Positions 38,215 to 51,095 of a DNA stretch of 64,000 nucleotides are shown here, piece by piece. Below the pieces are notes generated by a model. It was not told the DNA's origin. It did not search any database and saw only the letters and a program-made list of their open reading frames with translations. Every line of letters starts with the position of its first letter. Position 1 is the first letter of the stretch. The DNA is from Felis catus (taxonomy: Eukaryota), in contig NC_058368.1 in NCBI RefSeq assembly GCF_018350175.1, positions 8,246,001 to 8,310,000 on the forward strand. The letters run 5' to 3'. Both the position numbers and the translations under genes were made by a program.

Positions 38215-38630
38215 GTCTTACAAACAGGGTGCAGGGGTGAAGAGCACCTGGCTCTGGTGGGGGGGCCCAAACAGACCAGGTTCAGCCACTCACCGCTGAC
38301 AAAATCCAAAAGCAGAGAGATGAGTGGTGGTGAAACAAGAAAGGAATTTATTTCAGTGAGGCCAACACCAGGAAGACAGTGCATTGACGTCTCGAAGACT
38401 GTCTCCAAAGTGCTGAAAATCCTTCCAGGTTTATGTAAGGAGAATGTGGGACTGTGGGTACATGTAGGTGGGCAGTGAAGGGCAGGTTAGGCCTTGTCCT
38501 GGGGTCAGTCACCTGGGGGCAGTCATATTGCTCGAGGGGGCATTTTCAGTTCCCATCGTGGATGCTTTGCTCCCAGGGTCTATTGCCTGAGTTAAGAGAG
38601 AAGCTGGAAAGAACTTAATCAACCACAAAG
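38215..38630 (-). mobile_element. ERV1-like LTR fragment (possibly carnivore-specific)
   Basis: Minus strand shows R/U5-like AATAAA (38347-38352) followed by ttcctttcttgtttcaccaccactcatctctctgcttttggattttgtcagcggtgagtggctgaacctg. Confidence 0.6.
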
Positions 38631-38634
38631 TGCA

Positions 38635-38840
38635 GGGTTGCCTGGGTGGCTCAGTCAGTTAAACATCCAACTCTTGGTTTTGGCTCAGGTCACGATCTCA
38701 CGATTTTGTGTATTTGAGCCGCACGTTGGGCTCTGGGCTGGCAGCATGGATCCTCCTTGGGAGTCTCTCTCTGCCCCTACCCCGCTCACTCTGTCTCTGT
38801 CTCTCTCAAAATAAATGAATAAACTTAAAAAAAAATAAAG
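38635..38840 (+). mobile_element. Can-SINE
   Basis: gggttgcctgggtggctcagtcag head, A-rich tail. Confidence 0.92.
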
Positions 38841-38909
38841 AAGGTACAGATGGAGGTCAAAATGGAGAGAGTTGAAGTCCTCTTCCAGTTTTGTCAAGAT
38901 TTTAAAAAA

Positions 38910-39118
38910 ATTTTTTTTAAATGTTTATTTTTGAGACGGAGAAGAGATAGAGCATGAACGGGGGAGGGTCAGAGAGAGAGGGAGACACAGAATCCGAAGC
39001 AGGCTCCAGGCTCTGAGCTGTCAGCACAGAGACCGATGCAGGACTTGAACTCACCAGCCGTGAGATCATGACTTGAGTCAAAGTTGGACACTCAACCAAC
39101 TGAGCCCCCAGGTACCCC
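38910..39118 (-). mobile_element. SINEC_Fc-like SINE
   Basis: Reverse Can-SINE body and T tail. Confidence 0.93.
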
Positions 39119-39129
39119 TCATTCATCTA

Positions 39130-39403
39130 TTTTTTAAAGTTTATTTATTTTGAGAAAGAAGGAGACAAAGAGAGAAAGAAGGAGAGAGAGAGATAGAAAG
39201 AAAGGAAGAAAGAAAGAAAAAAAGAAAGGAAGAAAGAAAGAAAGTGGGGGTGGGGCAGAGAGAGAAGGAGAAAGAATCCTAAGCAGTCTCCATGCTGTCA
39301 ACACAGGGCCTGACGTGGGTCTCTATCCCATAAACTGTGAGATCATGACCTGAGCAGAAATCAAGAGTCAGATGCATAACTGACTGAGCCACCCAGGTGC
39401 CCC
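39130..39403 (-). mobile_element. Can-SINE with expanded GAAA/GA tract
   Basis: Reverse Can-SINE; purine microsatellite at 39153-39243. Confidence 0.9.
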
Positions 39404-42215
39404 TATCCATTCATCTGTTGACAGACACTTAGGTTGCTTCCAAATCTTGGCCATAAATCTTAAGTGAACTCAGGTGTGTATAGATCTCTTCAAATTGATG
39501 TTTATGTTTTCTTTGGATAAATACCCAGGAGTGGAATTGCTGGTAGTCTATTTTTAATTTTTTGAGGAACCTCCATACTGTTTTCCACAGCGGCTGCTCC
39601 AATTTATTTTCCCACCAACTGTGCATAAGAGTTCCCTTTTCTCCTCATGCTCACCAATATTTGTTATTTTTTGTCTTTTTGATTCTAGCTAATCTGACAG
39701 GTGTGACACCTCATTGTGGTTTCCATGTGCATTTCCTTGACTATTAGTAACGTTGAGCATCTTTCCATGTGTCTGTTGGCCATCTGTATCTTCTTTGCAA
39801 AACATGTCTATTCATATCTGCTGCCCATCTAATAATCAGGTTGTTTGCTTTTTTGATATTAAGTTGTATCCTTTTTTTTTTTTTTGGTCAGAATTATTTC
39901 TGTTTATTTTATGGCAATTTTGAAAATCCCAAATATGTTTGCCTTACTTTTGTTATTTTAATATGGCAGAGTGGCTTGTTAATTATGAGACATCTTTCCC
40001 CGTAGGTGTTCATCATTCTGTTATTACTCGGTTACTTGGCTGAGGAGAAATGTCACAATAATTGGCCATGGATTTCTCATCTTAGTTTTTTTTTTTAATT
40101 AAGTTTTAAATTTTAATTCCAGTATAGTTAACATACAGTGTTATATTAGCTTCAGGTGTAGAATCTAGTGATTCAGCAATAATCTGTAGATTATTTAGTG
40201 CTCATTGTGATAAGAGTTGTGTAAGTTTTAAAATATATTCTAAACATGAGCCCCTTGTTGGATGTATAATTTGCAGATATCTTCTTCCATTTAGTAGTGT
40301 GCCTTTTCACTTTGTTGATGGTTTCCTCTGCTGTGCAAAACTTTGTGGTTTGATGTAATATTATTTGTTTATTTTAGCTTTTGTTGCCCTTGCCTGAGGA
40401 GACTGACCCCTCAAAATATTGCTAAGACTGATGTCAAAGAGCTTACTGCCTATGTTTCTTCTAGGAGTTTTATGGTTTCAGGTTTTACATCGAGTCTTTA
40501 ATCCACATTGAATTTATTTTTGTATATTGTGTAAGATATTGGTCCAGGTTCGTTCTTTTGCATGTAGCTGTCCTATTTTCCCAACATCATTTATTGAAGG
40601 GGCCGTCTTTTCCCCATTGTATATTCTTGCAGCTTGTTATAGATTAACTGACATATATATGTGGGTTTATGTCAGGGCTCTCTATTCTGTTCCATTGATC
40701 TATATGTATATTTTCATGCCAGTACCATACTGTTTTGATGACTATAACTCTGAAGTATAGTTTTAAATCAGGGAGCATGATACCTCCAACTTTGTTCTTC
40801 TTTCTCAAGATTACTTTGGTTTTTTGGGATCTTTTGTGTTTCTACATAAACTTTAGGACTCTTTGTTCTAGCTCTATGAAAAATGCCAGTGGAATTTTGA
40901 TTGGGATTGCATTGAATCTGTATATTTCTTTGGGTAGTATGGACATTCTAATAATATTAATTCTTCCAGTCTATGAGCATGGAATGTCTTTCCATTTATT
41001 TGTGTCATCTTCCATTTCTTTAATCAATGTCTCATGGTTTTTAGAGTACAGGTCTTTCATCTTGATTAACTTTATTCCTAGGTGTTTTATTCTTTTTGAT
41101 GCAATTGTAAATGGGATTATAGCCTTGATTTTTCTTTCTGATAGCTCATTATAAGCATATAGAAAAATTACTCTTTCTGTGTATTAATTTTGTATCTTGT
41201 GATATTATTGAATTTATTTATTCTAACAATTTTGAAGTGAAGTCCTTATGGTTTTCTATATATAATATTATGCCATGACAATTTTACTTTTTCTTTTCCA
41301 ATTTCCAATTTTTCTTTTCCAATGACTTGTATTTCCTTTTCTTGCCTAATTGCTGTGGCTAGGACTTTCAATACTATGTTAAATGAAAGTGGTGAGAGTG
41401 GACGTCCTTGTGTTGTTACTGATTTTAGAGGGAAAGACTTCAACTTTTCACTGTTGAGTATGATGTTAGCTGTGGGTTTGTCACATCTGGCCTTTCTTAT
41501 GTTGAGGTATGTTGCTTCTATATTTACCTTGATGAGAGTTTTTATCGTAAATGGATGTTAAATTTTGTCAAATGCTTTTTCTGCATGTATTGAAGTGATC
41601 ATATTATTTTTAGTCTTTATTTTGTTAATGTGGTATATCATGTTGATTGATTTGCAGATGTTGAACCAAGATTCTTGCTTCCCTGGAATAGATCCCACTA
41701 GATCATAGTGTATGATACTTTTACTATATTGTTGAATTTGTTTCACTAATATTTTGTTGAGGATTTTTGCATCTGTGTTCATTAAGGATATTGGCCTATA
41801 ATTTTCTTCTGTGCGGTGTCTGTCTGGGTTCAGTATCAGGGTAATGCTGGCCTTATAAAATGAGTTTCAAAGTGTTCCTCCCTCTTCAATTTTTTGCAAT
41901 AACTTGAGAAAGATAGGTGTTAGCTCTTCTTGAAAACTTGGTAGAACTTGCCTGTGATGCTCTCTGGTCCTGGACTTTTCTTTTTGGAGAGTTTAAAAAT
42001 TAAAATAGGTTCAATTTTGTTACATATAATCAATCTATTCAGATTTTCTGTTTCTTTGTGATTCAGTGTTAGAAGGTATTTTTTAGGAAGTTATCCCTTT
42101 CTTCTATGTTTTCTAATTTTTTAGCATACATTATTCATAATATTCATAGTCTCTTAAGATTCTTTGTATTTCTGTGGGTAACTTCTTCCTTTCATTTCTG
42201 ATCTTATTTATTTGG

Positions 42216-42260
<45 letters not shown>

Positions 42261-42795
42261 ATGAGTCTGGCAAGAGGTTTATCAATTTTGGTTATCTTTT
42301 TAAAAAGCCAGCTTTTAGATTCATTGATCTTTTCTATTGTTTTTTTTGTTTTGTTTTTGGTTTCTATTTCATTTACTTCCGCTCTTATCTTTATTATTTC
42401 CTTCCTTCTACTAACTTTAGGTTTTATTTGTTCTTTTTGTAGTTCCTTTAGGTGCAAGGTTAAATTGTTTATTTGGATTTTTCTTGTTTTTTTGAGGTAG
42501 GCCTGTGCCACTTTGAACTTTCTTCTTAGAACTGCCTTTGTCGTGTCCCATAGATTTTGGAAAGTTGTGTTTCCATTTTCATTTGTCTCGAATTATATTT
42601 TGATTTCCTCTTTGATTTCTTCATTTACTCGTTGATTGTTTAGTAGCATGTTGTTTGTCCCTGCATGTTTGTGTTTTTTTCAGTTTTCTTCTTATAATTA
42701 ATTTCTAGTTTTAGCCATTGTGGTCAGAAAAGATGCTTGGTATGATTTTAATCTTGAATTGATTGAGACCTATTTTGTGGCCTAACATGTAGTCT
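39404..42795 (-). mobile_element. Degenerate L1 (ORF2 from the linker through RT to the C-terminus)
   Basis: ORF2 remnants 42131..42511 (QINNLTLHLKEL...KIDKPLARL), 41558..41782 ([12 protein letters not shown]), 41246..41443, 39429..39626; (CT)n at 42219-42257. Confidence 0.92.
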
Positions 42796-45106
42796 TTAAG
42801 TAAAGCTTCCTCAAAATGCATAGATTTCTACAATTAACAGTGACTGCCACTGGAGGATATTCAGTGGAGGTAAATGGCATGACTAGGTGGTCTCTAAGGT
42901 TCCTTTTATAGGACTTGCCTGTACTAATTCATTGTCACCCGACAGCTCTTCCTTAAATAGTCAAAGGGTGCAGGGGCTCAAATAAAAGTGAAAGTTACAC
43001 ATCATGTGCCTGATTTTGCTGTTCTTAGGCCCAACTTAGCTCTTTGCCCCAGCTCCCACAGACCTGAAACAGTTTCACTTTCTCTCTGCCTACCCTTCTT
43101 GTACAAACCAAGAAAGGATTTCAGGTCATCAAAATCACAGAAATGAACAATTACAGTGGGGCGAATTTGAGAATTTACTCTTTATTGAGCATCTGTTCTC
43201 AGCAGAGCACTCTACCATGGGGAATAGGAAAGAAGTAAAGGGGAAGAAAATCTGGCTCTAAAGCCATGACAAGGCAGATGGAGAGATGAGTTATATTCAG
43301 ACTAAAACTTGTCATTATCGTGGGAGATATATCCAGAAAGGAGACCATCAGTCACGTTAGGGAGGACCAGATGATGGAGGCCTTGCTTCTGGAAACCAAA
43401 GCAAAATGTAGGCCCAGCCACCAAGGGCAACCCCAGCTGTGGGAATCTCTTTATCTCTCTTTGTCTGGTCATTAAAGGCAACGTGGCCTCTGACAGGCAC
43501 CAGTTAAAGATTTCCGCTTATTGGTCCTGGTTTTGCAAGACGGTGACTTTGGAGGAAGATGTAGAAAGGAGACTAAATCTCCAGCTGCCTTGGAGCAAGT
43601 TCCCCCAAAACAATCTTGGTACAGCCAGCGGGTTGAGAACCTCTTACAAATCATCTGAAAAGTCTTTTGAACGCCTTGGAAGCAGATACGGAGTAAACAT
43701 AATGATCATGTTTGTAATATTAATCCAAAAAGGGTAACTTGTCTCAGTTGTGCTGTTCATACTGGCAGCTGTTATTGTTCACAGAACCTATAGCCTCAAC
43801 AAGAAGTTAGTATATTTATGTCTGTACCGTTTCCTCTAGGAGTCCTGTATATGTGCCTAAGAAAAAAGTCACATTGAGCCAAATACGTAACCTACCTAAC
43901 AGGCACAGGAAACTCTCAAAGATTTGGAAGAAAACCTTTCCAGAGTTAGGGAGAAAGCAGCAGAATTCCACTGGCAGATCCATCTCCTGGCTTCTGTCGC
44001 CTCACAGTGGAGAGCTGGCAGAGCAGTGTGCCTTTTCCCTACCCCCTCTGGGACTATTAGCTGCAATAAGATGTCATGAAGGAATTGAGCATCCTGCCGC
44101 GGTTGGTACTAAGTCCAATGAAAGACCACAGGGAGGCTTGACATGAATTCTGAGATAGCTCTGAAGCCAACACTCTGGAACTTTCACTAAGCAAGACCAG
44201 GCTGCCTGAACCGACTACCGTTTTCTCAGGCTTTGATCAAGGTTCAAGGCTTTGGGGCATCGGGAGGTTCTAGAAGCCCACTGGGGGGCATCTTATGGGA
44301 GCCAGCACAGATCTGGGCTGAATTAGGATTTATGGTATGAAATCAGTTTAAAAACCTAAAGGGATTCTACAGAGACTAAATTGCCCTCTCTCTAGGATCC
44401 CCTAAAGCAACTCCAATCCTGTTTTGGGATTCAAAGTCCGAACTAGATTTGTCCTGCAAACCCAAGACTGGCTGACTGGTCAGGGATTACCAGGTTCAGA
44501 ACTGTCCTTGGGGATGTGGAACTTATCTAGAAACTTCTGATCCACGTGCACTCCTAGAACATTCCCTCGGTGGTCACTAGGCAGTGTTTGCATCTTTACT
44601 TGGTCTATACTTACCCCAGACCTTTGACCGTTTAATACTCAGTTGATGATAATGTCAAAATACATTCTTTTTCATGACTTATATTCATCTGTATGTCCTC
44701 TGTTACTAGGAATTATTTTCTTCTAATTTTTTTTGAAAATGAACCATTTAAAAATGAACCATTTAAATGAACCATTTAAAAATGAACTTTTTAAAAAACC
44801 TCTTTTTAACTTCTAGGAGAAAGTGGATCCTTTTCTGCATTTCTGCATATTCACCCAATGATGTGTAATAAAAATACATTGCGTTTACATATCGGATTTT
44901 CTTCCAAAGACTATTCCCAACCATCATCTGCTTGATTTTATAGATATAAATAGACATGTATGTAGATATACGTGAGACCAGATTAATATGCACATATAAA
45001 TATATAGTTATTAAATATGTGTTTATATACATCTCAACAATGTAGTATTAATATTGTGTATGTGGATGTATATATGTACATCAGTGGGTATATATAAGGG
45101 TATTTG

Positions 45107-45116
45107 CGTGTGTGCA

Positions 45117-45160
<44 letters not shown>
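45107..45160. repeat. (GT)n microsatellite
   Basis: Direct reading; similar tracts at 48401-48443 and 52445-52495. Confidence 0.95.
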
Positions 45161-45163
<3 letters not shown>

Positions 45164-45263
45164 AGGTAATTATAAAACTTAAGCAAAGTATAGTATGGGA
45201 ACATAAGTGTCAATTTTGTCTAAGACCAAAAAAGGTGTTTGTGACAGCATATGAAAAATTTTT

Positions 45264-45475
45264 AAAAATATTTATTCATTTTTTAAGAGAGAGAGAGAGA
45301 GAGACAGAGCATGAGTGGGGGAGGGGCAGAGAGAGGAGGAGACACAGAATCCGAAGCAGGCTTCAGGCTCTGAGCTGTGGGCACGACCCCGATGCAGGGC
45401 TCGAACTCATGGACTGCGAGATCATGACCTGAGCTGAAGTCGGATGCTTAACTGACTGAGCCACCCAGGCGGCCC
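45264..45475 (-). mobile_element. SINEC_Fc-like SINE with TSD
   Basis: Flanks gcatatgaaaaatttt / gcatatggaaaatttt. Confidence 0.94.
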
Positions 45476-46651
45476 GCATATGGAAAATTTTCAGTGATGA
45501 ATTTAAAACTGCTGGCTTGTTCCATTACTATTTTAAGCTACATCTGAGGAAATGGACTGCTGTCTGTGTGTGCTCCCTGGGACAAATGCTTCTCTGAGAT
45601 CCACGTCTCCCCCTGGACCTTGGGGTTATTTTTAACCATCCCAGAGTATGGATCTCTGGGCTGTTTGAGAGAAGCAGCTATTTTTCACTTCCCAAAGCCT
45701 TCTGCACTCTGTCCTTCTGGTAAAAGGCGGCTGATGACATATCAGGGGCAGATGCCTGGGAGCCCCGGCAGCTAGAGGGCCTCCTTGCTGGGGGTCTCTG
45801 CAGACTGAATAGAGGAGCAGAGGGGAAAAGAGCAGAGCCTGACCGCGGCCCCCACCTTTCAGTGCAGCCAGGCATCCCCACCCCCCCCCCCCACCTCGGG
45901 GCCTGGGCATGGAGGCATGGGGAGGGTGGGAGGGTGGTGCTGCGGTCTAGCTTGGGTGGTGGTTTGGAGCATTTGACACCAACATTGGTGTTCTCTACCG
46001 GACAAAATTACTTCCTCTACTGGTCAGTCATAAGTAGCAATCGTTCTTCTCTCTATTAAAAATAATATATTTTAATTTCAAAGATACCCAACTGTAGTAA
46101 ACTCTTTGGGTTCTGAACTAAAATGTGCATGTATCGGACAAAAATATTGCTTCTGCACTTTTTCACTCTTCCACGTTTTAAGCACAAAGAAAACTTCCGC
46201 GTGGTCGTATAAAATAATGAAATTGAAGGGACGCGAGTTCTGGCTTTTCGTCTTCACAGTCATTGTCCTGTCGTCGTTTATTTTGAGTCTGTTGTTGAAA
46301 CACAGCCGCATGCCGTGTTGCAGGGCTGGAGACAAAAACTGGCCCAAAGCGAGCTTGAGCGAGGCCGTGCTGTTACCAGTTTATCGTCAGAATGGCTGCG
46401 TGTTGATGAGTCCGTGTAAGTCGGAATAACTGGGGATCCTCCAAATTAACTTCCATAGAGAATACAGTGATTGTGGAAGGATAAGTAATTCAAGTGTGCT
46501 CATGTGCAGCTCACCTGAGTTAGTAAAAGTCACCAACACCGGTGGCAGCTGTTTATAGCCTATCGTACAAAAAGATTTTTTGCAGAGGTGCATAATGCGG
46601 ATTGTTGGTGTGTGTTGATGTGGAAAGCAGATTGACTTACAGTTTGTTTTC

Positions 46652-46878
46652 TTTAAAAAAATTTTTTTTAACGTTTATTTATTTTTGAGAGACAGAGAGA
46701 AACCGAGCATGAATGGGGGAGGGTCAGAGACAGAGGGAGACACAGAATCCGAGGCAGGCTCCAGGCTCTGAGCCGTCAGCACAGAGCCCGACGCGGGCGG
46801 GGCTCGAACTCACGGACCGCGAGATCATGACCCGAGGCAAAGTCGGATGCTTAACTGACTGAGCCACCCAGGAGCCCC
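46652..46878 (-). mobile_element. SINEC_Fc-like SINE with TSD
   Basis: cagtttgttttc at 46640-46651 and 46879-46890. Confidence 0.95.
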
Positions 46879-47088
46879 CAGTTTGTTTTCCTTATCAACA
46901 TTTTTGTTCCTGCCAGTGACACATCCCATTATTACCAGCACCTGGCTGTTGTGCCCCAGCCTCTTCATAATGCAAAGAAAAGGGCTTCTGAACTTAGAAG
47001 ATTTGGCCTTGGGTGTTGGCCTATGACCTTGAGAAACTGGCCAATATTGTTGTGGTTCACTTTGCTTGTCTATACAATGAAAAGAACA

Positions 47089-47294
47089 GGTGCGCCTGGG
47101 CGGCTTGGTCGGTTGAGCGTCCGACTTCGGCTCAGGTCATGATCTCGCGGTCCGTGAGTTCGAGCCCCGCGTCAGGCTCTGTGCCGACAGCTCGGAGCCT
47201 GGAGCCTGCCTCGGATTCTGGGTCTCCCTCTCTCTCTGCCCCTCCCCCGCTCACACTCAGTCTCTCTCACTATCTCTCAAAAATAAACATTTCA

Positions 47295-47329
<35 letters not shown>

Positions 47330-47333
47330 CATT
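47089..47333 (+). mobile_element. SINEC_Fc-like SINE with (TAAA)n tail
   Basis: CpG-rich body; flanks aaaagaacag / aaaataacag. Confidence 0.95.
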
Positions 47334-48059
47334 AAAATAACAGCACTTCTCTATGTGACCTCGCATAGCCGTCGTGAAGATTCCATACACGTGGAGCCTG
47401 TGATATCTGTACACAAATGCCAGTTTGCACAACTAGCCCCTGGAGTTGTGGTTTGCCGTGGAAGAATCTGGCCGTGAGGCTCCCCCTACCTCTTTTCTCT
47501 CCCCATCACTGGACCCTGCTTCCTGGTCTGCTTCCTAAACACAGTGCTGTCATTTCTGCAGGTTCTGGCTCTGACCCTTGGCTTCTCTCTCCCCAGTGCT
47601 GCTTTTTCCCCCCCTCATCTCTGCTGAGCTCATACTTTCTGTTTCTACTGTTAATTAGCCCAACAACAGTTCCCAAACCCACCCTCTCCAGTGCCAGGCC
47701 AACATTTCCGACAAATCCTCTTCTCCGTAATATTCTCCTCCCAATTTCCCACTTTTGCAACCTCTGCCCTGTGTTTCAGTGATCCGAACATAGGCCTCAG
47801 GCATGGGCCCCAAAGATGACTCTCATCCTCCCCTACATCTAAACAGAAATGAGCCAGAGGGGGCGGAGGGGATGGGCGTGGGGGTTTCGGGGCCAGGGGA
47901 CTCTGGATTCAGATCCTGGCTGTGCCGTGTACTAATTTCTTGATGCTCTCTAAATCCTGGAGTCCTTAAGTGCGTTTTGACCCACCCGAAATACAAACTC
48001 ACAGAGCCAGTGATTTATTATTTGCATAATGTTCTTTCTCTCTCAGGGGCTTGGAATAT

Positions 48060-48401
48060 TTTTAATTATAATAATTGTGGTAAAATACACACACCATTAA
48101 GCTTATCATCTTTAAGTGTGCAGTTGTGGTAATGAGTACACCCACATTGTGGTGCGATCATCACCACCATCCATTCTGCAGAACTGGAAACAGTGATTCC
48201 CGATTTCCCCCTCCCCTCTAGCTCCTGGCAACCACCGTTCTACTTCCTGTCTCTGATTGTGACTCCTCTAGGTACCTATATAAAAGTAGCATCTTATAAT
48301 ATTTATCCTTTTGTGTCTGGCTTATTTCATTTAGCACAATGCCCTACGTTGTCACACGAATCAGAATTCCCAAACTTTTTAAAGCTGAATAAAATTCCAG
48401 T

Positions 48402-48445
<44 letters not shown>

Positions 48446-48745
48446 TCTTTTGTTTATCCGTTCATCCCATCAGTGGACAGTTGGGTTGATTCCACCTCTT
48501 GGCTATTGCAAATAACACTATGAACGTGAGCATACAAATATCTCTTTGAGACCCTGCTTTCGATTCTTTGGGTCTATACCCAGAAGTGGGGTTGCTGGAT
48601 CATACGGTAATTTTGCGTTCAACTTTTTGAGGCACCACCCTCCCACTTTCCATAGCCATTGTCCTATTTTACATTTTCACCCACAGTGAACAAGGGTTCC
48701 AGTTTCTCCCCATTCTCATCACCACTTGTATTCTGGGGTTTGATA
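48060..48745 (-). mobile_element. Old L1 (L1MA/MB-like) 3' end
   Basis: ttgtggtaaaatacac...cctggcaaccaccgttctacttcctgtctct...tatacccagaagtggggttgctggatcatacgg. Confidence 0.85.
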
Positions 48746-50384
48746 CGCATTTTTTTTTAAGATGAAGAATTATCTAGGTTTTATCCAGTGTTTCTCTAAA
48801 CTTATAGGAGGATCACCTCCCCAGAACCATCTGGAACACTTGTAAAAATGCACATTCCTCGTCCCCTCCACCGAGTAGGGCCTCTGAATGTGACTTCTGA
48901 GGCCAAGTGCTGTGTGCACCTGTCACCTTTATTCACAGGAACGCCTCTGGCAGGTGAGGTCTTGGCCAGCTGACAAGCTCTTGAGGAGAGATTTAGAGGG
49001 AGAGCACCCTCCAGCCCCCTGAAAACCACAGCATGCAGGAGAACTCCATCGGGATCGTCTCATCGCCGGGATTCCAGTGACAGCACAAGTGGAAGAATGA
49101 TAACCATTCATATTGGGTTTTTTTTTTTCCAGTTTTCAGGCTTTTCAATGGTAATCCACTAAAAAAAAAATCACATTAAGGTCTGGAAACAGGACATTTT
49201 TAGCTAAGGAAATGCTCTTGATCAAAAAGCAGATTTTGACTGGTGATGCTCGACGAAGTACCTATTATCAGCTTCCTACAGATCTCCTCAGAGCCATTCT
49301 CAGGCATTAGGGAAGCAATCTTCACAAGGGCCACTTCCCTGGCTGTAATGCCTACTGTGATATGAGTCATGCCTTTTGTCTTGTGCCTGGAATTTGGGGA
49401 TGTTTACGAAAAGTTGTTGTAAATACGAGTCATAATTCCTCTTTTCACAAGATTCTTTATTTCACAAAAATGAGTGGCTCATCACGTACAAACGTCATAT
49501 CACTTCCAGCCCTATTGTCACCTGCAAGTAGTCTCTCAGTTTTACTAGGGATTATTTAAAGGCTTTCGAGAACAGTATGTCATGGAAATCCACCAGGCAA
49601 CACAGTTTCTGGGTCGCCACCGAGAATGTTGAAATACACATGTGCATCGACCAGACCAACTTCGTCTCTTGAGGGCAGAAAATGGAGCCTTGCTTTGGGA
49701 AGCAAATGGCAAAGACAGACAAAACACCTTTTTAAATGCAGGCTTCTTGAGTTTGAGCACAGCATCTATTTTCTTGCTTCATTTAAAGTCCCAAAGCAGG
49801 TGGAGATGTAACGGACACGCTCCGCATGCCCACATTTTCCTTAGCACGCTAAAACCTTATTTTCAATTTAAACTGTGCTGGCACCGAGCATTAATGTTTT
49901 AAAGTGAAGCCTGGCAGTTCATAACTTTTTTAAAAATGGAGAATGGGCCACTTGAGCTTTCTTTCCCGGTGGTGTCTCTCAGCATTCAGACATGGATACG
50001 AGACCAGACCAGATGGGTATAACAGTGAAGCAGGACATAGTCCAGACTGCCCAGCTAGTCTGAGGCAAAACAAACAATGCAATTAAAAAAAAAAAAAAAA
50101 GACAACATTCCATTGAATCCCTGTAGATAGAAATACGTGTTATGTAAACTGTCACTTATGCTTGTTTGTACTTGGCAAATGCTGGTGGAGGGAGAGAATA
50201 AAGTTCCAAATAAGATGGCCAGATGTGTGCGCCTACTGGGAGAAGTAAGCACGCTGTTTATGGAGGCAAATATTTAAAGGGAAAAATTAGACTATTCGTT
50301 TCTACGGGGGCATACTGAGGTGAAGTTGTCTACAGTTAAGGGCAGTTCTGTTCATGCTGTTCTACTCACGCAAATACAACTATA

Positions 50385-50757
50385 CTTTTAATTTGAGTAC
50401 AGTTGATGCACAACGTTACATTGGTTTCAGCTGTACAACATAGCGATTGAACAACTGTATACATTATGCGGTGCTTGCATACGTAGCTAGCATCCGTCAC
50501 CATGTAACGTTATTACAATATCAGTAACTATATTCCCTATGCTGTGCCTTGATCCTTGTGACTTATTCACTCCATAAGTGGAAGCCTGTACCCCCCGCCC
50601 CCTTCACCGGTTTTGCCCATCCCGGTCTCCCTCTGGCAACCATCCATTTGTTCTCTGTATTCATGGGTCTGATTCTGCTTTTTGTTTGCTTATTTATACA
50701 CTTGTTTTGTTTTTAAGACTCCGCATATAAGTGAATTCCCATGGTATTTGCCTTTCA
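50385..50757 (-). mobile_element. L1 3' end (L1MA9/L1_Carn-like)
   Basis: tacagttgatgcacaacgttacattggtttcagctgtacaacatagcgatt...tatattccctatgctgtgc...ctctggcaaccatccatttgttctctgtat. Confidence 0.8.
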
Positions 50758-50939
50758 CGGGTTTTTAAAGGCTCTGAGGCAGGAGAATCCTTAACTGAGT
50801 GTTCGGGGTTAATTTGACCATTTGACAACCAGATGGGAAAGAAGGCAGGCTGGGGAAAGTCGGCCCCTCCTCTTTCTTGTGTTCCACCGAGAACAGTAAG
50901 TAGCAAAGGCTTCTTTCAGGAATGGTTTAAAACTCTGGA

Positions 50940-51095
50940 GAACAAAGCTTCTCAAACTTCAAAGCGCCTACGTCTCATCTGGGGACTGTTAAAATGCAGA
51001 TTGTGGTTTAGGGTGTCCGGGCGGAGCCTGAGGCTCTATTTCGAAGAAGGTCAGAGGTGATGCTGACAGTGCAGGTCTGAGGAGCACGGGAGTGG
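50940..51095. mobile_element. MER5-like hAT MITE (similar fragment at ~48785-48920)
   Basis: cttctcaaactt...catctggggactgttaaaatgcagatt...gggcggagcctgag. Confidence 0.65.

Noticed and set aside
21857..44787. Short direct repeats as a CRISPR-like array
   Set aside because: Only 2-4 adjacent units without unique spacers, no cas genes, and a eukaryotic context.
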